A stretch of DNA of 64,000 nt from a candidate division WOR-3 bacterium (GCA_965648935.1 CBFGIY010000001.1:32794-96793); one strand, 5' to 3'; shown: positions 18,488-28,573, numbered from the stretch's first letter. The notes: generated by a model not told the origin, from the letters alone. Numbers and translations: made by a program.

Positions 18488-20134
18488 CTACTCCGGGCTT
18501 CCCAGCCGGTTGACCGCCTCGGGCGCGACCAGTTCGTCGAACCTCTCCGGCGCGAGGCCGTACAGCTCGCCGGCCAGCTCGCGCAGCGACCTGCCCGTGC
18601 GCGCCGCCTCCTTGACCAGCGTCTCGGATTTCTCGTAACCCAGCTCGCCGACCAGCGCGGTCACGGTCGCGGTCGTGTTCTCAACGAACCTGCGGCAGCG
18701 CGACTCGTTCGCCTTCAGCCCGGCGACGCAGTGCAGCCGCAGGATGCGGCAGGCATTGTGCAGCAAGTCCAGCTCGTCCAGCAGGCAGGCCGCGATGAGC
18801 GGCATGAACTGGTTCAGTTCGAGGTTCCCGCCGGCTGCGGCCTGCGCGATTACCGCATCGAGGCCCATCACCATCAGCGCCGCCTGGGCAACCGCCTCGG
18901 GAATCACCGGGTTGACCTTGCCCGGCATTATCGTCGAACCGGCCTGGCGTTCGGGCAGCACGAGCTCGCCCAGCCCGGCCTCCGGCCCGGACGACAGCAG
19001 GCGCAGGTCGTTGCTGACCTTGAAAAGGTTCACGGCGCAGGCCTTCATTATTCCCGACGCCTCAACGAAAGCGTCGCAGTTCTGCGTCGCATCGACGAGG
19101 TTCTCGGCCCGGGCCAGGCCCAGGCCCGTGATCTCGCGCAGGATATCGGTCACCCGGAAGATGTAGCGCCGGGGCGCGCCGATGCCCGTGCCGATGGCCG
19201 TGCCGCCGAGGTTCACGGTGCGCAGCCGCTCGCCGCTCTTGAATACCCGCCAGCGGTCGCGCGCGAACGCCTCGGCGTACGCACCCATCTCTCTTCCCAG
19301 AGTGGTCAGCACGGCATCCTGCATCTCGGTCCGGCCGACCTTCACGACCCGGGCAAACTCCCGCTCCCTGGCCTGGAACTCCTCCTGCAGCGCGACCAGT
19401 TCCTCTTCAAGCTCGGCCAGGGATTTGAGCGCCGCGACCTTCAGCGCGGTCGGGTAGGTGTCATTGGTCGACTGGTGTCGGTTCAGGTCGTCGTGGGGCG
19501 ACACGCGGCTGTAGTCGCCCTTGCGGCTGCCCAGTATTTCCAGCGCACGGTTCGCCAGCACCTCGTTGACGTTCATGTTGGTCGATGTGCCGGCCCCGCC
19601 CTGCAGCGCGTCGACCAGCACCTGGCTGTCGAGCCGCCCGGCCATCATCTCGGCGCAGGCCGCCTCGATCGCGTCGGCCTTGGCTTCATCCTCGCGCCAG
19701 GCCCCGAGCTCGCGGTTGGCCCGCGCGCAAGCCAGCTTCACGGCACCGTAGGCGCGCACGAGAAAAGAGTGAACCGGCCGGCCGGCAAGCGGGAAGTTCT
19801 CCAGTGCCCGCGCGGTGTGGATGCCGTAGAGCGCCTCGGCCGGCACGCTGCGCTCGCCCAGGAGGTCGGCCTCGGTGCGCATCTGGGCACCGGCCCGGAA
19901 CCGGCGAAACTCGCTGCTCACCAGCTCGGCCAGCCCGGGACCGACGTTCTCGCCGAGGACTGCATACTCGGTGTCGGCGACCACGGTCTCGGCCGGCTCG
20001 AGCCGTTCCTCGCCCACGCTCCAGAGGAAATCCCAGCGCGGCCCGGCGCGGCGGCACAGCCACAGCTTGGCCGGCTGGGAACGCACCAGCCTCTCCAGCG
20101 CGGTCCGAAACTCAGAAACAGACGTCTCGCTCAT
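18488..20134 (-). CDS. aspA: Aspartate ammonia-lyase family protein with ~80-aa N-terminal extension
   Basis: YGIHTARALENF, QGGAGTSTNMNVNEV, QSTNDTYPT, GRTEMQDA, GSTIMPGKVNPVIPE. Confidence 0.88.
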   Translation of the reverse strand: MSETSVSEFRTALERLVRSQPAKLWLCRRAGPRWDFLWSVGEERLEPAETVVADTEYAVLGENVGPGLAELVSSEFRRFRAGAQMRTEADLLGERSVPAEALYGIHTARALENFPLAGRPVHSFLVRAYGAVKLACARANRELGAWREDEAKADAIEAACAEMMAGRLDSQVLVDALQGGAGTSTNMNVNEVLANRALEILGSRKGDYSRVSPHDDLNRHQSTNDTYPTALKVAALKSLAELEEELVALQEEFQAREREFARVVKVGRTEMQDAVLTTLGREMGAYAEAFARDRWRVFKSGERLRTVNLGGTAIGTGIGAPRRYIFRVTDILREITGLGLARAENLVDATQNCDAFVEASGIMKACAVNLFKVSNDLRLLSSGPEAGLGELVLPERQAGSTIMPGKVNPVIPEAVAQAALMVMGLDAVIAQAAAGGNLELNQFMPLIAACLLDELDLLHNACRILRLHCVAGLKANESRCRRFVENTTATVTALVGELGYEKSETLVKEAARTGRSLRELAGELYGLAPERFDELVAPEAVNRLGSPE

Positions 20135-21530
20135 CGCTCGTCCTTATCTTCTCTATGCGGTCCCGCACCTGTTCGCGCCGCTTCTCGTCCGGGATGCCGG
20201 CCAGCTCGCGCTCGATCAGCGCGAAGCCGGCCGCGCGCGTTTCCGGGCCGGCGTAGTCGACGAGGTACTCGGCCAGCGTGGCCAGAGCGTTGGGCGTGCA
20301 GTAGCGCTTGATGAACCCGGGAATCGAAAACTCCATGAAGTGCTCGCCGGTGCGGCCCAGCCGGTAACAGGAAGTGCACCAGCTCGGGACGAACCCGTCG
20401 TCGATGAGCTCGCGCACGACCGCCTCGAGACCGCGCGTGTCCTGAATCTCGAACTGCTCGCGGTTCAGCTCCTGGCACTCGCCCTCGCGGCACTCCTGAT
20501 AGGCGCCCAGCTCGATGCGCGTGCCGGCGTCAATCTGCGACACACCGAGGCGCAGCGCCTGGCGCCGTAGCTCTGGCCGCTCGCGCGCGGTCAGGATCAG
20601 ACCGGTGTAGGGCACGGCCAGCCGGATCACCGCGATGAGCTTGAGGAAATCGGCGTCGCTGACAAAGTGACTGCGGTCCAGCGTGACATTCGATGCGACG
20701 TTCACGCGGGGAAAGCTGATGGTGTGCGGCCCGACCCCGAATCGCTGCTCAAGGTGAATCGTGTGATAGAGCAGGCCCATCACCTCGAACCGCCAGTCGG
20801 CCAGGCCGAAGAGCGCGCCGATGCCGACATCGTCCACCCCGGCCTGCATCGCCCGGTCGTGGGCCAGAAGCCGCCACAGGTAGTCGCCCTTGCGGGTGTT
20901 GCCCGGATGGACCCGGCGGTAGGTCTCGTGGTGGTAGGTTTCCTGGAAGACCTGGTAAGTGCCGATGCCGACCGCCTTCATCGTCCGGTAGCCCTCGACA
21001 TCGAGCGGCGCCGCGTTGATGTTCACCCGCCGTATCTCGCCCCGGCCGACCCTGGTCGAGTAGACGATGCGCACCACCCGCGCCATCTCCTCGGCCGAGT
21101 AGTCCGGATGCTCGCCCCAGACCAGTATCAGACGCTTGTGGCCCTGGCTCTCGAGCGCGGCCAGCTCTCTGTGCAGCTCGGTATCGGACAGCGTCTTGCG
21201 CACCACCTCGCGGTTGGTGCACTTGAAGCCGCAGTACGCGCAGTTATTGACGCACTTGTCGCCGATGTACAGCGGCGCGAACAGCACGATCCGGTTGCCG
21301 TAAACCGCTTCCTTGAGCTGTCGGGCGGCCTCGAACACCTCCTCCAGCAGCGCCGGCTCCTCCACGGCAAGCAGCGTCGCCACCTCTTCCGGTTCGAGCC
21401 GGTTCTTGGCCAGGCTGCGCGCGACAATCTCCCGCACCCGCGCCGGCTCGGGCCTGGCCCGCTCCAGCGTCTCCTGAATCCTGTCGTCGTCGATGAAGTC
21501 GACGGCCTCGGTCTTCCTTGCCGCGGTCAT
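20112..21530 (-). CDS. hydG: [FeFe]-hydrogenase maturase HydG
   Basis: FAPLY..KCVNNCAYCGF, GEIRRVNIN, FQETYH, PHTISFPR, PSWCTSCYR...CTPNA. Confidence 0.95.
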   Translation of the reverse strand: MTAARKTEAVDFIDDDRIQETLERARPEPARVREIVARSLAKNRLEPEEVATLLAVEEPALLEEVFEAARQLKEAVYGNRIVLFAPLYIGDKCVNNCAYCGFKCTNREVVRKTLSDTELHRELAALESQGHKRLILVWGEHPDYSAEEMARVVRIVYSTRVGRGEIRRVNINAAPLDVEGYRTMKAVGIGTYQVFQETYHHETYRRVHPGNTRKGDYLWRLLAHDRAMQAGVDDVGIGALFGLADWRFEVMGLLYHTIHLEQRFGVGPHTISFPRVNVASNVTLDRSHFVSDADFLKLIAVIRLAVPYTGLILTARERPELRRQALRLGVSQIDAGTRIELGAYQECREGECQELNREQFEIQDTRGLEAVVRELIDDGFVPSWCTSCYRLGRTGEHFMEFSIPGFIKRYCTPNALATLAEYLVDYAGPETRAAGFALIERELAGIPDEKRREQVRDRIEKIRTSDERDVCF

Positions 21531-21877
21531 CTTTCCATCCCCCTGTCATCGCCGCGGGGTTCGCCTTCCGGCATCTGGTCTCTGACTTCGACCTCGTGCC
21601 CTCTGCCGTTCTTCTTCCTCAATGCCGCCTTCACGCTCACGCCCGGTATCGAACCCAGCTTCCCGGTCAGGGCCCCGATTTCATCGTTCGTGCCGTCCAC
21701 GATGACGGCCACGACCGACAGGTCCCTTTCCCGGTACGGGATGCCCATCCGCCCGACGACTATCGCGGCGTGGTCGGACAGCACCGCGTTCACCCGCGGC
21801 GCCGCGGCCAGGCGGTTCTCGACAAACACCGCAACCACACCCAGCCGGTGCCCGGCTGCGATATGTGCTTCGCTCAC
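21527..21877 (-). CDS. TM1266-family iron-only hydrogenase system putative regulator
   Basis: VNAVLSDH..IVVGRMGIPY, EIGALTGKLGSIPGVSVK; first gene of the hyd operon. Confidence 0.88.
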   Translation of the reverse strand: MSEAHIAAGHRLGVVAVFVENRLAAAPRVNAVLSDHAAIVVGRMGIPYRERDLSVVAVIVDGTNDEIGALTGKLGSIPGVSVKAALRKKNGRGHEVEVRDQMPEGEPRGDDRGMER

Positions 21878-22166
21878 TGCTCTTGCCTTTCTTTCAAAGC
21901 GTTCTCTGGGAAGCGCTCGAGGCTGGAACGCCCCGCCGGACTCAGGCGCGGTCTTCCGCCGCCCTTATCCCGGGACCAGGCTTCCGAATTGGGTCCTCCG
22001 CGCCGGCCCGGCCGGCCCGTCAGACAGCTCATCATACCCGGCCGGCCGGGCCGGTCAAGCAAGGTGCAGGGCGCGCGCCGTCAGCCCGGCCCCGCCATTC
22101 CTTGCCTGCAATTGAGCCAACGCTATAATCGCGCAGGCGTCAGATACCCTGTAACCGGGAGGCACC

Positions 22167-23351
22167 GTGGACCTGTTCGATAAATGCCGTCAGTTCGACA
22201 TGATGCTCGGCTTCGTCCGCGCCCAGGGCCGGTTCTTCTACGGCCGCGACCTCGAGCCCGCGGCGTCGCCGGTCACGACCCGCGCCGGCCGCGAGCTCGT
22301 CAACCTCGGCTCCAACAACTACCTCGGCCTGACCGACGACCCGAAGGTGAAAGCCGCGGCCATCGCCGCAGTCGAGCGCTACGGCACCGGCTCGGCCGGC
22401 TCGCGCCTGCTCACCGGCACCACGCCCCTGCACCTCGAGATGGAGCGGCGCCTCGCCGAGTTCAAGCACGCCGACTCGGTCGTCTCGTTCTCGGCCGGGT
22501 TCATGGCGCTTTCGGCCACGGTTGCGACCCTCGCCGGCGAAAACGACCTCATCTTCTCCGACGAGCTCAACCACGCCTCGATAATCGACGGCTGCCGCCA
22601 CTCCCGCGCGAAGACTGTTGTCTACCGGCACAATGACCTCGCCGACCTCGAATCAAAGCTCAAGGCCGCGCCGCCCGACGCGGCCCGGCTCATCGTCACC
22701 GACGGCGTCTTCTCGATGGAGGGCGACATCTGCGAGCTTCCCGGCCTGCACAAGCTGTCCCAGGCCCACAACTGCCGGCTGATGGTCGATGACGCCCACG
22801 CGACCGGCGTGCTCGGCCCGACCGGCCGCGGCACGGCCGAGCACTTCGGGCTCGAGGGCAAAGTCGACATCACCTCGGGCACGCTCTCCAAGTCGATGGC
22901 CGCGGTCGGCGGGTTCACCGCCGCGCCGCGCACGGTGACCGACTACCTGCGATACAACGCCCGGATGTCCATCTTCTCGGCCAGCCTGCCGCCGTCCGTG
23001 CCCGCGACCGTGCTCGCCGCGCTCGAAGTGCTGTCGTCCGAACCCGGGCGCGTGGCGCGGCTCCACGCCAACTCGCGCTTCATCGCCGGGAGGCTCGTCG
23101 CCGACGGGTTCAAAACCGCCTACCGCGGCACGCCGATACTGCCCATATACATCGGCGACGACGACAAGGCTTACCAGATGGCCGGCCGGCTCGAGCAGGA
23201 GGGCGTCTTTGCCAACCCGGTCGTGTACCCGGCCGTGCCCCGCGGCTCAGCCATCATCCGCATCAGCCTGATGGCGACGCACACCGAGGAACAGCTCGGC
23301 CGCGCCGCCGACAAGTTCCGGCTCGTCGGCCGGGAACTGGGGGTCATCTAG
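22167..23351 (+). CDS. PLP-dependent alpha-oxoamine synthase, serine palmitoyltransferase-like
   Basis: GSNNYLGL, GSRLLTGT, SDELNHASIIDG, DGVFSMEGD, VDDAHA, GTLSKS. Confidence 0.85.
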   Translation: MDLFDKCRQFDMMLGFVRAQGRFFYGRDLEPAASPVTTRAGRELVNLGSNNYLGLTDDPKVKAAAIAAVERYGTGSAGSRLLTGTTPLHLEMERRLAEFKHADSVVSFSAGFMALSATVATLAGENDLIFSDELNHASIIDGCRHSRAKTVVYRHNDLADLESKLKAAPPDAARLIVTDGVFSMEGDICELPGLHKLSQAHNCRLMVDDAHATGVLGPTGRGTAEHFGLEGKVDITSGTLSKSMAAVGGFTAAPRTVTDYLRYNARMSIFSASLPPSVPATVLAALEVLSSEPGRVARLHANSRFIAGRLVADGFKTAYRGTPILPIYIGDDDKAYQMAGRLEQEGVFANPVVYPAVPRGSAIIRISLMATHTEEQLGRAADKFRLVGRELGVI

Positions 23352-25148
23352 ATGCCCGACACCATCTACCAGGCTTTCGCCGAGGTCGCCCGGCGCCACG
23401 CCGCGCGTCCCGCGCTGATGAACAAGGTCGAGGGGCGCTACGTGCCGGTCAGCTACGCCGACCTCGCGCGCACGGTGGACGAGGTCGCGGCCGGACTGGC
23501 CGCGCGCGGCGTCAGGGTCGGGGACCGCGTCGGCATATACTCCTACAACCGGCCCGAATGGGTCGTCACAGACCTCGCCGTGGCCAAGCTCGGCGCGGTG
23601 CTCATCCCGGTCTACCACACCCTGCCCGAGGACGCGGTGCGCTACATCCTCAACGACGCCAGGGTCAGCCACCTCGTGGTCGAATCGCCCGACCTGTTCG
23701 CCGTGGTCGCGCGGGTGATGGCCGCGGTGCCGGACCTGACCGATGTCATCACGCTGTTCGCGCACGACCAGACCAGCCATACGGGCAAGTCCCTGTTCTC
23801 GTTCGAGCTGCTCCGGGCCGAAGGTGCCCGGGCGCTCGCCGCCGACCCCGGCCTGGCCATGGCGCACGAGCCGGGCCCGGACGACCTGTTCACGGTCTGC
23901 TACACCTCGGGCACGACCGGCGAGCCCAAGGGCGCGATGCTCACCCACCGCAACATCCTCTCCAATGTCATCTCCGGCGCGGCGCGGTTCGACATCAACG
24001 AGCGCGACGTCTTCGTGTCCTTCCTGCCGCTCTGCCATATGTTCGAGCGCACCTGCGGCTACTACACCGTGCTGCTCGTCGGCGGCTGCATCGCCTACGC
24101 CGAATCGACCCAGACCGTCGCCCGCGACGTCCAGGCCGTGAGGCCGACCGTGCTCATCGTCGTGCCCCGCGTGCTCGAAAAGGTGTACAACGTCGTGCGC
24201 GAGCGCGTGCTCACCGGCCCGGCCTGGAAGCGCTGGCTGATGGTCGAGTCACTGCGCGTCTACGGCCGCCACCACCGCCTCAAGTCGCGCAACCAGCCGA
24301 TACCGTTCGGGCTCAGGCTCTCCCACTGGCTGCTCGGCCGGCTCGTCGTCAGAAAGCTCCACGCGCTGGCCGGCGGCCGGCTGCGCTACCTCGTGTCCGG
24401 CGGCGCGCCCCTGGACAAGCGGCTCGGCCGCATCCTGCGCAGCCTCGAGTTCAACATCTACGAGGGCTACGGCCTGACCGAGACCTCGCCCGTGGTCTGC
24501 TCGATGATGCCCGGCGACGAGCGCATCGGCACGGTCGGCAAGCCGATGGAGGACGTCGAGATACGCATCGGCCCCGACTCGGAAATCCTCGTCCGCGGCC
24601 CCAACGTGATGAAGGGCTACCTCAACAAGCCCGACGAGACCGCCAGGGTCATCGACGCCGACGGCTGGTTCCACACCGGCGACCAGGGCCGGTTTGACGA
24701 GCGCGGCAACCTCGTCATCACCGGCCGCATCAAGGAGCTCATCGTCAACTCCTACGGCAAGAACATCGCCCCGGTGCCGATCGAGCAGAAGCTCGCCTCG
24801 TCCGAGTACATCGAACAGGCGATGGTCTATGGCGACCGCAAGCCCTTTCTTTCCGCGCTCATCGTGCCATCGCGCATCGTGCTCGAGGAGTGGTGCCGCG
24901 GCCAGGGCATCGACTGCGCCGACTTCTCGCGCGCGCTCGACGAACCCCGCGTCGTCGCGCTCTACCGCGCCGAGGTGGAAAGCGCGCTCAAGGACTTCGC
25001 CCAGTACGAACAGGTCAAGGCTTTCCGGCTCATCCCCGAACCGTTCACGGTCGAAAACGGCCTCCTGACCCCGTCGTTCAAGCTGCGCCGGCCCCAGGTC
25101 TATGAAGCCTACAAGGAAGCGATCGAGAAGCTCTACGAAGGACATTGA
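23352..25148 (+). CDS. Long-chain fatty acid--CoA ligase
   Basis: YTSGTTGEPKG, FLPLCHMFER, EGYGLTET, GWFHTGD, TGRIKELI, LLTPSFKLRR. Confidence 0.92.
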   Translation: MPDTIYQAFAEVARRHAARPALMNKVEGRYVPVSYADLARTVDEVAAGLAARGVRVGDRVGIYSYNRPEWVVTDLAVAKLGAVLIPVYHTLPEDAVRYILNDARVSHLVVESPDLFAVVARVMAAVPDLTDVITLFAHDQTSHTGKSLFSFELLRAEGARALAADPGLAMAHEPGPDDLFTVCYTSGTTGEPKGAMLTHRNILSNVISGAARFDINERDVFVSFLPLCHMFERTCGYYTVLLVGGCIAYAESTQTVARDVQAVRPTVLIVVPRVLEKVYNVVRERVLTGPAWKRWLMVESLRVYGRHHRLKSRNQPIPFGLRLSHWLLGRLVVRKLHALAGGRLRYLVSGGAPLDKRLGRILRSLEFNIYEGYGLTETSPVVCSMMPGDERIGTVGKPMEDVEIRIGPDSEILVRGPNVMKGYLNKPDETARVIDADGWFHTGDQGRFDERGNLVITGRIKELIVNSYGKNIAPVPIEQKLASSEYIEQAMVYGDRKPFLSALIVPSRIVLEEWCRGQGIDCADFSRALDEPRVVALYRAEVESALKDFAQYEQVKAFRLIPEPFTVENGLLTPSFKLRRPQVYEAYKEAIEKLYEGH

Positions 25149-25151
25149 GCA

Positions 25152-25925
25152 GTGAAACCACTCACCGGGCAACCCGACCGTCTGACCGCCGTGTTGTTTC
25201 TCATCCTGCTCTGCGTTGTTTCACCCCTCGCCCTCGCCGCCGCGCCGCCGGCTGGCTCGCCGCTCGACCGGGCCGAGTTTTTGTTCTTCAACCGCCATCA
25301 GAGCCGCGCCTGGCTCGACTCCGCCTACCGCATCATCGCGGCCGAACGCCGCGCCGACCCGGCTGGCGAGCGCTGCCTCTATCTCTGGTCGCGCATTCAT
25401 ATCCAGAAGGGCGACGAGGCGAAGACCAGCGCCGAGAAGCTCGAGCTATACACCCGGGCCCGCGCCATCGCCGAAACTCTCATCACCCGCAACGAACGCA
25501 ACCCGCTCGGCCACACCTGGTGGGCGGTCGCGCACGGCCGCATCGGCCAGACCCGCGGCGTGTTGAACTCGCTCTTCATGGTCCCGGCCCTGCGCAAGGC
25601 GGTCAACCGCGCGGTCGAGCTCGACCCGAACCAGCCGACCGCACTCGACGTGCTCGGAGTGCTGCACTACGAGTTGCCCGGGTTTGCCGGCGGCGACCTG
25701 CACAAGTCCGAAGGATACCTCCTGCGCGGCATCGAGGCCGACCCGAACTACACCCTGCTCCGGCTCGACCTCGCCAAGGTCTACATCCGCCAGAAGCGCT
25801 GGGTCGGCGCGCGCGCCCAGCTCGCGCGCCTGCTGGCGACCCAGAACCCGACCTACCCGGCCGACTTCTATCTCGACGACAAGCCCGAGGCCGAAGCCCT
25901 GCTCGGGGAAATCGCCGGCAGGTAG
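25152..25925 (+). CDS. Exported TPR protein
   Basis: Signal peptide; TPR helices AVELDPN, GIEADPNY; LPGFAGGD motif. Confidence 0.75.
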   Translation: MKPLTGQPDRLTAVLFLILLCVVSPLALAAAPPAGSPLDRAEFLFFNRHQSRAWLDSAYRIIAAERRADPAGERCLYLWSRIHIQKGDEAKTSAEKLELYTRARAIAETLITRNERNPLGHTWWAVAHGRIGQTRGVLNSLFMVPALRKAVNRAVELDPNQPTALDVLGVLHYELPGFAGGDLHKSEGYLLRGIEADPNYTLLRLDLAKVYIRQKRWVGARAQLARLLATQNPTYPADFYLDDKPEAEALLGEIAGR

Positions 25926-25928
25926 CCC

Positions 25929-26648
25929 GTGCTCGCGGTCCTCTGCGCCGCGCTTGCCGCGCTCGGCCCGGCCGACTCGCTCGCCGCACAGGGCCGCTGG
26001 TACCTTGACCATCGCCACCTCGACCGGTCCTGGCTTGATTCGGCCGCCGCACTCGCGGCCCGGGCCCGCGCTCTGGACCGCTTCGCCGAGGCCGCGGTCG
26101 CGCTCGACTGCGATGTCCGGCTGAACCGCGGGCTGGACACATCCGGCAGACCTGAACGGCTCATCGTGTTCCGCGCGATGCAGGCGCTTGCCGACTCGAT
26201 GCGCTCGGCCCGGCCCGAAAGCCCGGTCGGCCACTTCCAGTGGGCCACGGCCACCGCCCAGATCGGCCTTGCCCAGCGCAACCTCGCCGCGCTCCAGGCC
26301 ATCCCGGCCGTGCGCCGCGCCTATGCCCGCGCGCTCGAACTCCAGCCCGCTCACGTCGGCGCGCTCTACGGTTTGGCCATGCTCTGGGCCGGCCCGCCGC
26401 GGATTGCCGGCGGCGCCCCAGAGCGAGCCGACAGCCTCCTCTCAGTAGCCATCGCGCTCGACCCGCGCCTGACAATGCTGCGCGTCGAGCGCGCCCGTCT
26501 GCTCATCGCGGCGAAACGCCGCGCCGAAGCGCGAGTCGAACTAGGAGCGGTGATGCGCGAAACCAGCCCGAGTGTTCCGTCGGCCTACTGGCTGAACGAC
26601 CGGCATACCGCAGAGAAGCTGCTGGAGGAATTGGAGCAGGCCCGGTGA
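25929..26648 (+). CDS. Exported TPR protein, paralogue of the preceding gene
   Basis: Shares WLDSA, ALELQP, P.IAGG, ALDP..T.LR and Y.L.D...AE.LL.E with 25152-25925. Confidence 0.7.
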   Translation: MLAVLCAALAALGPADSLAAQGRWYLDHRHLDRSWLDSAAALAARARALDRFAEAAVALDCDVRLNRGLDTSGRPERLIVFRAMQALADSMRSARPESPVGHFQWATATAQIGLAQRNLAALQAIPAVRRAYARALELQPAHVGALYGLAMLWAGPPRIAGGAPERADSLLSVAIALDPRLTMLRVERARLLIAAKRRAEARVELGAVMRETSPSVPSAYWLNDRHTAEKLLEELEQAR

Positions 26649-26732
26649 GCGCAGCTGGTGCTCTTTCGCGTGTCCGCCCCCTTCATTTCCGCATGCTTGA
26701 AACCCGGGACCCGCGTTCCCATAAGGAGAAAG

Positions 26733-27236
26733 ATGGCAAACACAACTGACAACCTGAAGGCGGCATTCGCTGGCGAGAGCCAGGCCAACCGCCGCTACCT
26801 TGCCTTCGCGAAGAAGGCAGACCAGCAGGGCCTGCCCGGCGTCGCGAAGCTCTTCCGCGCCGCGGCCGAGGCCGAAACCGTCCACGCCCACGCCCACCTG
26901 CGCGTGCTCGGCGGCGTCAAAGACACGGCTGACAACCTCAAAGAGGCCATCGCCGGCGAGCACCACGAGTTCGCCTCGATGTACCCCGAGTTCCTCGCCG
27001 TGGCCAGGGCCGAGAACAACGTCGCCGCCCAGAAGAGCTTCGAGTTCGCCCTCGCCGTCGAGAAGATCCACCACCAGCTCTACTCCGAAGCGCTGGCCGC
27101 GGTCCAGTCGGGCAAGGACCTGCCCGCCGGCGAAATCTGGGTCTGCAGCGTCTGCGGCAACACGGTCCACGGCGCGCCGCCCGACAAGTGCCCGATCTGC
27201 GGCGTGGCCCGCGACAGATTCACCCGCATCGACTGA
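26733..27236 (+). CDS. Rubrerythrin
   Basis: AFAGESQANRRY, AETVHA, GEHHE..MYP, EKIH, CSVCG...CPICG; AAGGAG RBS. Confidence 0.95.
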   Translation: MANTTDNLKAAFAGESQANRRYLAFAKKADQQGLPGVAKLFRAAAEAETVHAHAHLRVLGGVKDTADNLKEAIAGEHHEFASMYPEFLAVARAENNVAAQKSFEFALAVEKIHHQLYSEALAAVQSGKDLPAGEIWVCSVCGNTVHGAPPDKCPICGVARDRFTRID

Positions 27237-27253
27237 CCCGGTCGGTCAAAAAG

Positions 27254-27279
27254 AAGGCGGGCCCGCGCGGGCCCGCCTT
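27254..27279. terminator. Bidirectional hairpin terminator
   Basis: AAGGCGGGCCC-GCGC-GGGCCCGCCTT with a flanking A run, between convergent genes. Confidence 0.75.
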
Positions 27280-27296
27280 GCGTTCTGCGGTCAGCT

Positions 27297-27617
27297 TCAG
27301 TCGAAATCCAGCGCGGCCTCCGGCCCGTTCTCGGCCGGTTCGACGCGCACGCCCGCGGGCAGCCCGGCGACCGCCTCATCGCCCGGGGCCGAAAGCGCGG
27401 CCGCGTCGCGCCGCGAGCGCGCCGCCGCGATCCGCTCCAGCGCGTCGCTGATTATCCGCACCCGCGTGTCGGCCGCGGCGCGGCGGTTGATGATGATCAT
27501 CCAGCAGTCGCGCAGCCGGCACATCCCGCCCTCGCCCTGCACGTCGTCGTACACCAGCCTGATGCCCTGCTCGCGGCAGGCCTGCTCCAGCCCCAGAAGC
27601 CTCTTCTTCGGAGTCAT
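27297..27617 (-). CDS. Conserved-looking hypothetical protein
   Basis: GIRLVYDD..GEGGMCRL....IIINR; ATGA overlap with the upstream gene. Confidence 0.65.
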   Translation of the reverse strand: MTPKKRLLGLEQACREQGIRLVYDDVQGEGGMCRLRDCWMIIINRRAAADTRVRIISDALERIAAARSRRDAAALSAPGDEAVAGLPAGVRVEPAENGPEAALDFD

Positions 27618-28573
27618 TGCCACCCTTTCTCCTTGCACCACTCGAGAGTCTCGGCAAGCCCCCTCTCGAGCGTGTACTCCGGCTCAAACCCCAGCTCCGC
27701 GCGCGCCTTGTCCGGGCAGCACACCCAGCAGTCGTGCACCAGCTCGCGCGCCTTGTCCCGGTTGACATAGCTCCCGCCCGGGTGCAGCCACTCGGTCACG
27801 GTCGCGACCGCGAACACGAACCAGCCCGGCGCCCTGATGCGCCACACCCGGTGCCCGAGAGAGCGCGCGCCCAGCTCGGCGAACTGCGCCGCGGTGTGCT
27901 CTTCCCCGTCCGACACCAGGTACACCGACCCGCTCGGCACGTCGCGCTCTGCGGCCAGCAGGGCCGCGCGCGCCGCGTCCTTGACATACACAACAGAGAA
28001 AGAGCCCCACGGGTCGAGCAGTATGCCCCGGCGCAGCGCGTTCATTATTATCATCGTGTTCGCATCGTCCGGCCCGTACACCGCGGGCAGCCGCAGAATC
28101 ACCGAGCGCAGCCGCTCGCGCAGCCCGAGCACCGCGCGCTCGGCCGCCAGCTTTGACTCGCCGTACCGACTCACCGGCGCGGGCGCCTGCGCCTCGGTCG
28201 TCGGGCGGTCGCGCGCGGGCGCCGGCCCGCACGCCGCCGTGCTCGACACGAACACGAATCGCTTCACGCCCGCCTCCGCGCACGCCTCGGCAATCACCCG
28301 CGTGCCCTCGCGATTCACCTGCACCAGGTCGCGGCCTCTGCCCGGCGACACCTCGGCCGCGCAGTGGAAAACCCAGTCACAGCCCTGCACCGCCGCGCTC
28401 ACCGTTGCCGGCTCGCGCAGGTCCGCGTGGACAGCGACCGCGCCCGCCCCTGCCAGCCGGTCCAGCCTGCTCGTCCGGCGCACCATCGCCCGCACCTCGT
28501 GGCCGCGCTCGGCCAGCAACCGGCACAGGTGCGAACCGATGAAGCCGCTCGCCCCGGTCACCAATGCCCTCAT
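27614..28573 (-). CDS. NAD-dependent epimerase/dehydratase (extended SDR)
   Basis: VTGASGFIG, FHCAA, FVSS, YGESK, VYGP. Confidence 0.92.
   Translation of the reverse strand: MRALVTGASGFIGSHLCRLLAERGHEVRAMVRRTSRLDRLAGAGAVAVHADLREPATVSAAVQGCDWVFHCAAEVSPGRGRDLVQVNREGTRVIAEACAEAGVKRFVFVSSTAACGPAPARDRPTTEAQAPAPVSRYGESKLAAERAVLGLRERLRSVILRLPAVYGPDDANTMIIMNALRRGILLDPWGSFSVVYVKDAARAALLAAERDVPSGSVYLVSDGEEHTAAQFAELGARSLGHRVWRIRAPGWFVFAVATVTEWLHPGGSYVNRDKARELVHDCWVCCPDKARAELGFEPEYTLERGLAETLEWCKEKGWQ

Noticed and set aside
16170..21877. Novelty of hydE/F/G without an adjacent hydrogenase gene
   Set aside because: Stand-alone TM1266-hydG-aspA-hydF-hydE operons are a known arrangement; hydA may lie elsewhere in the genome.
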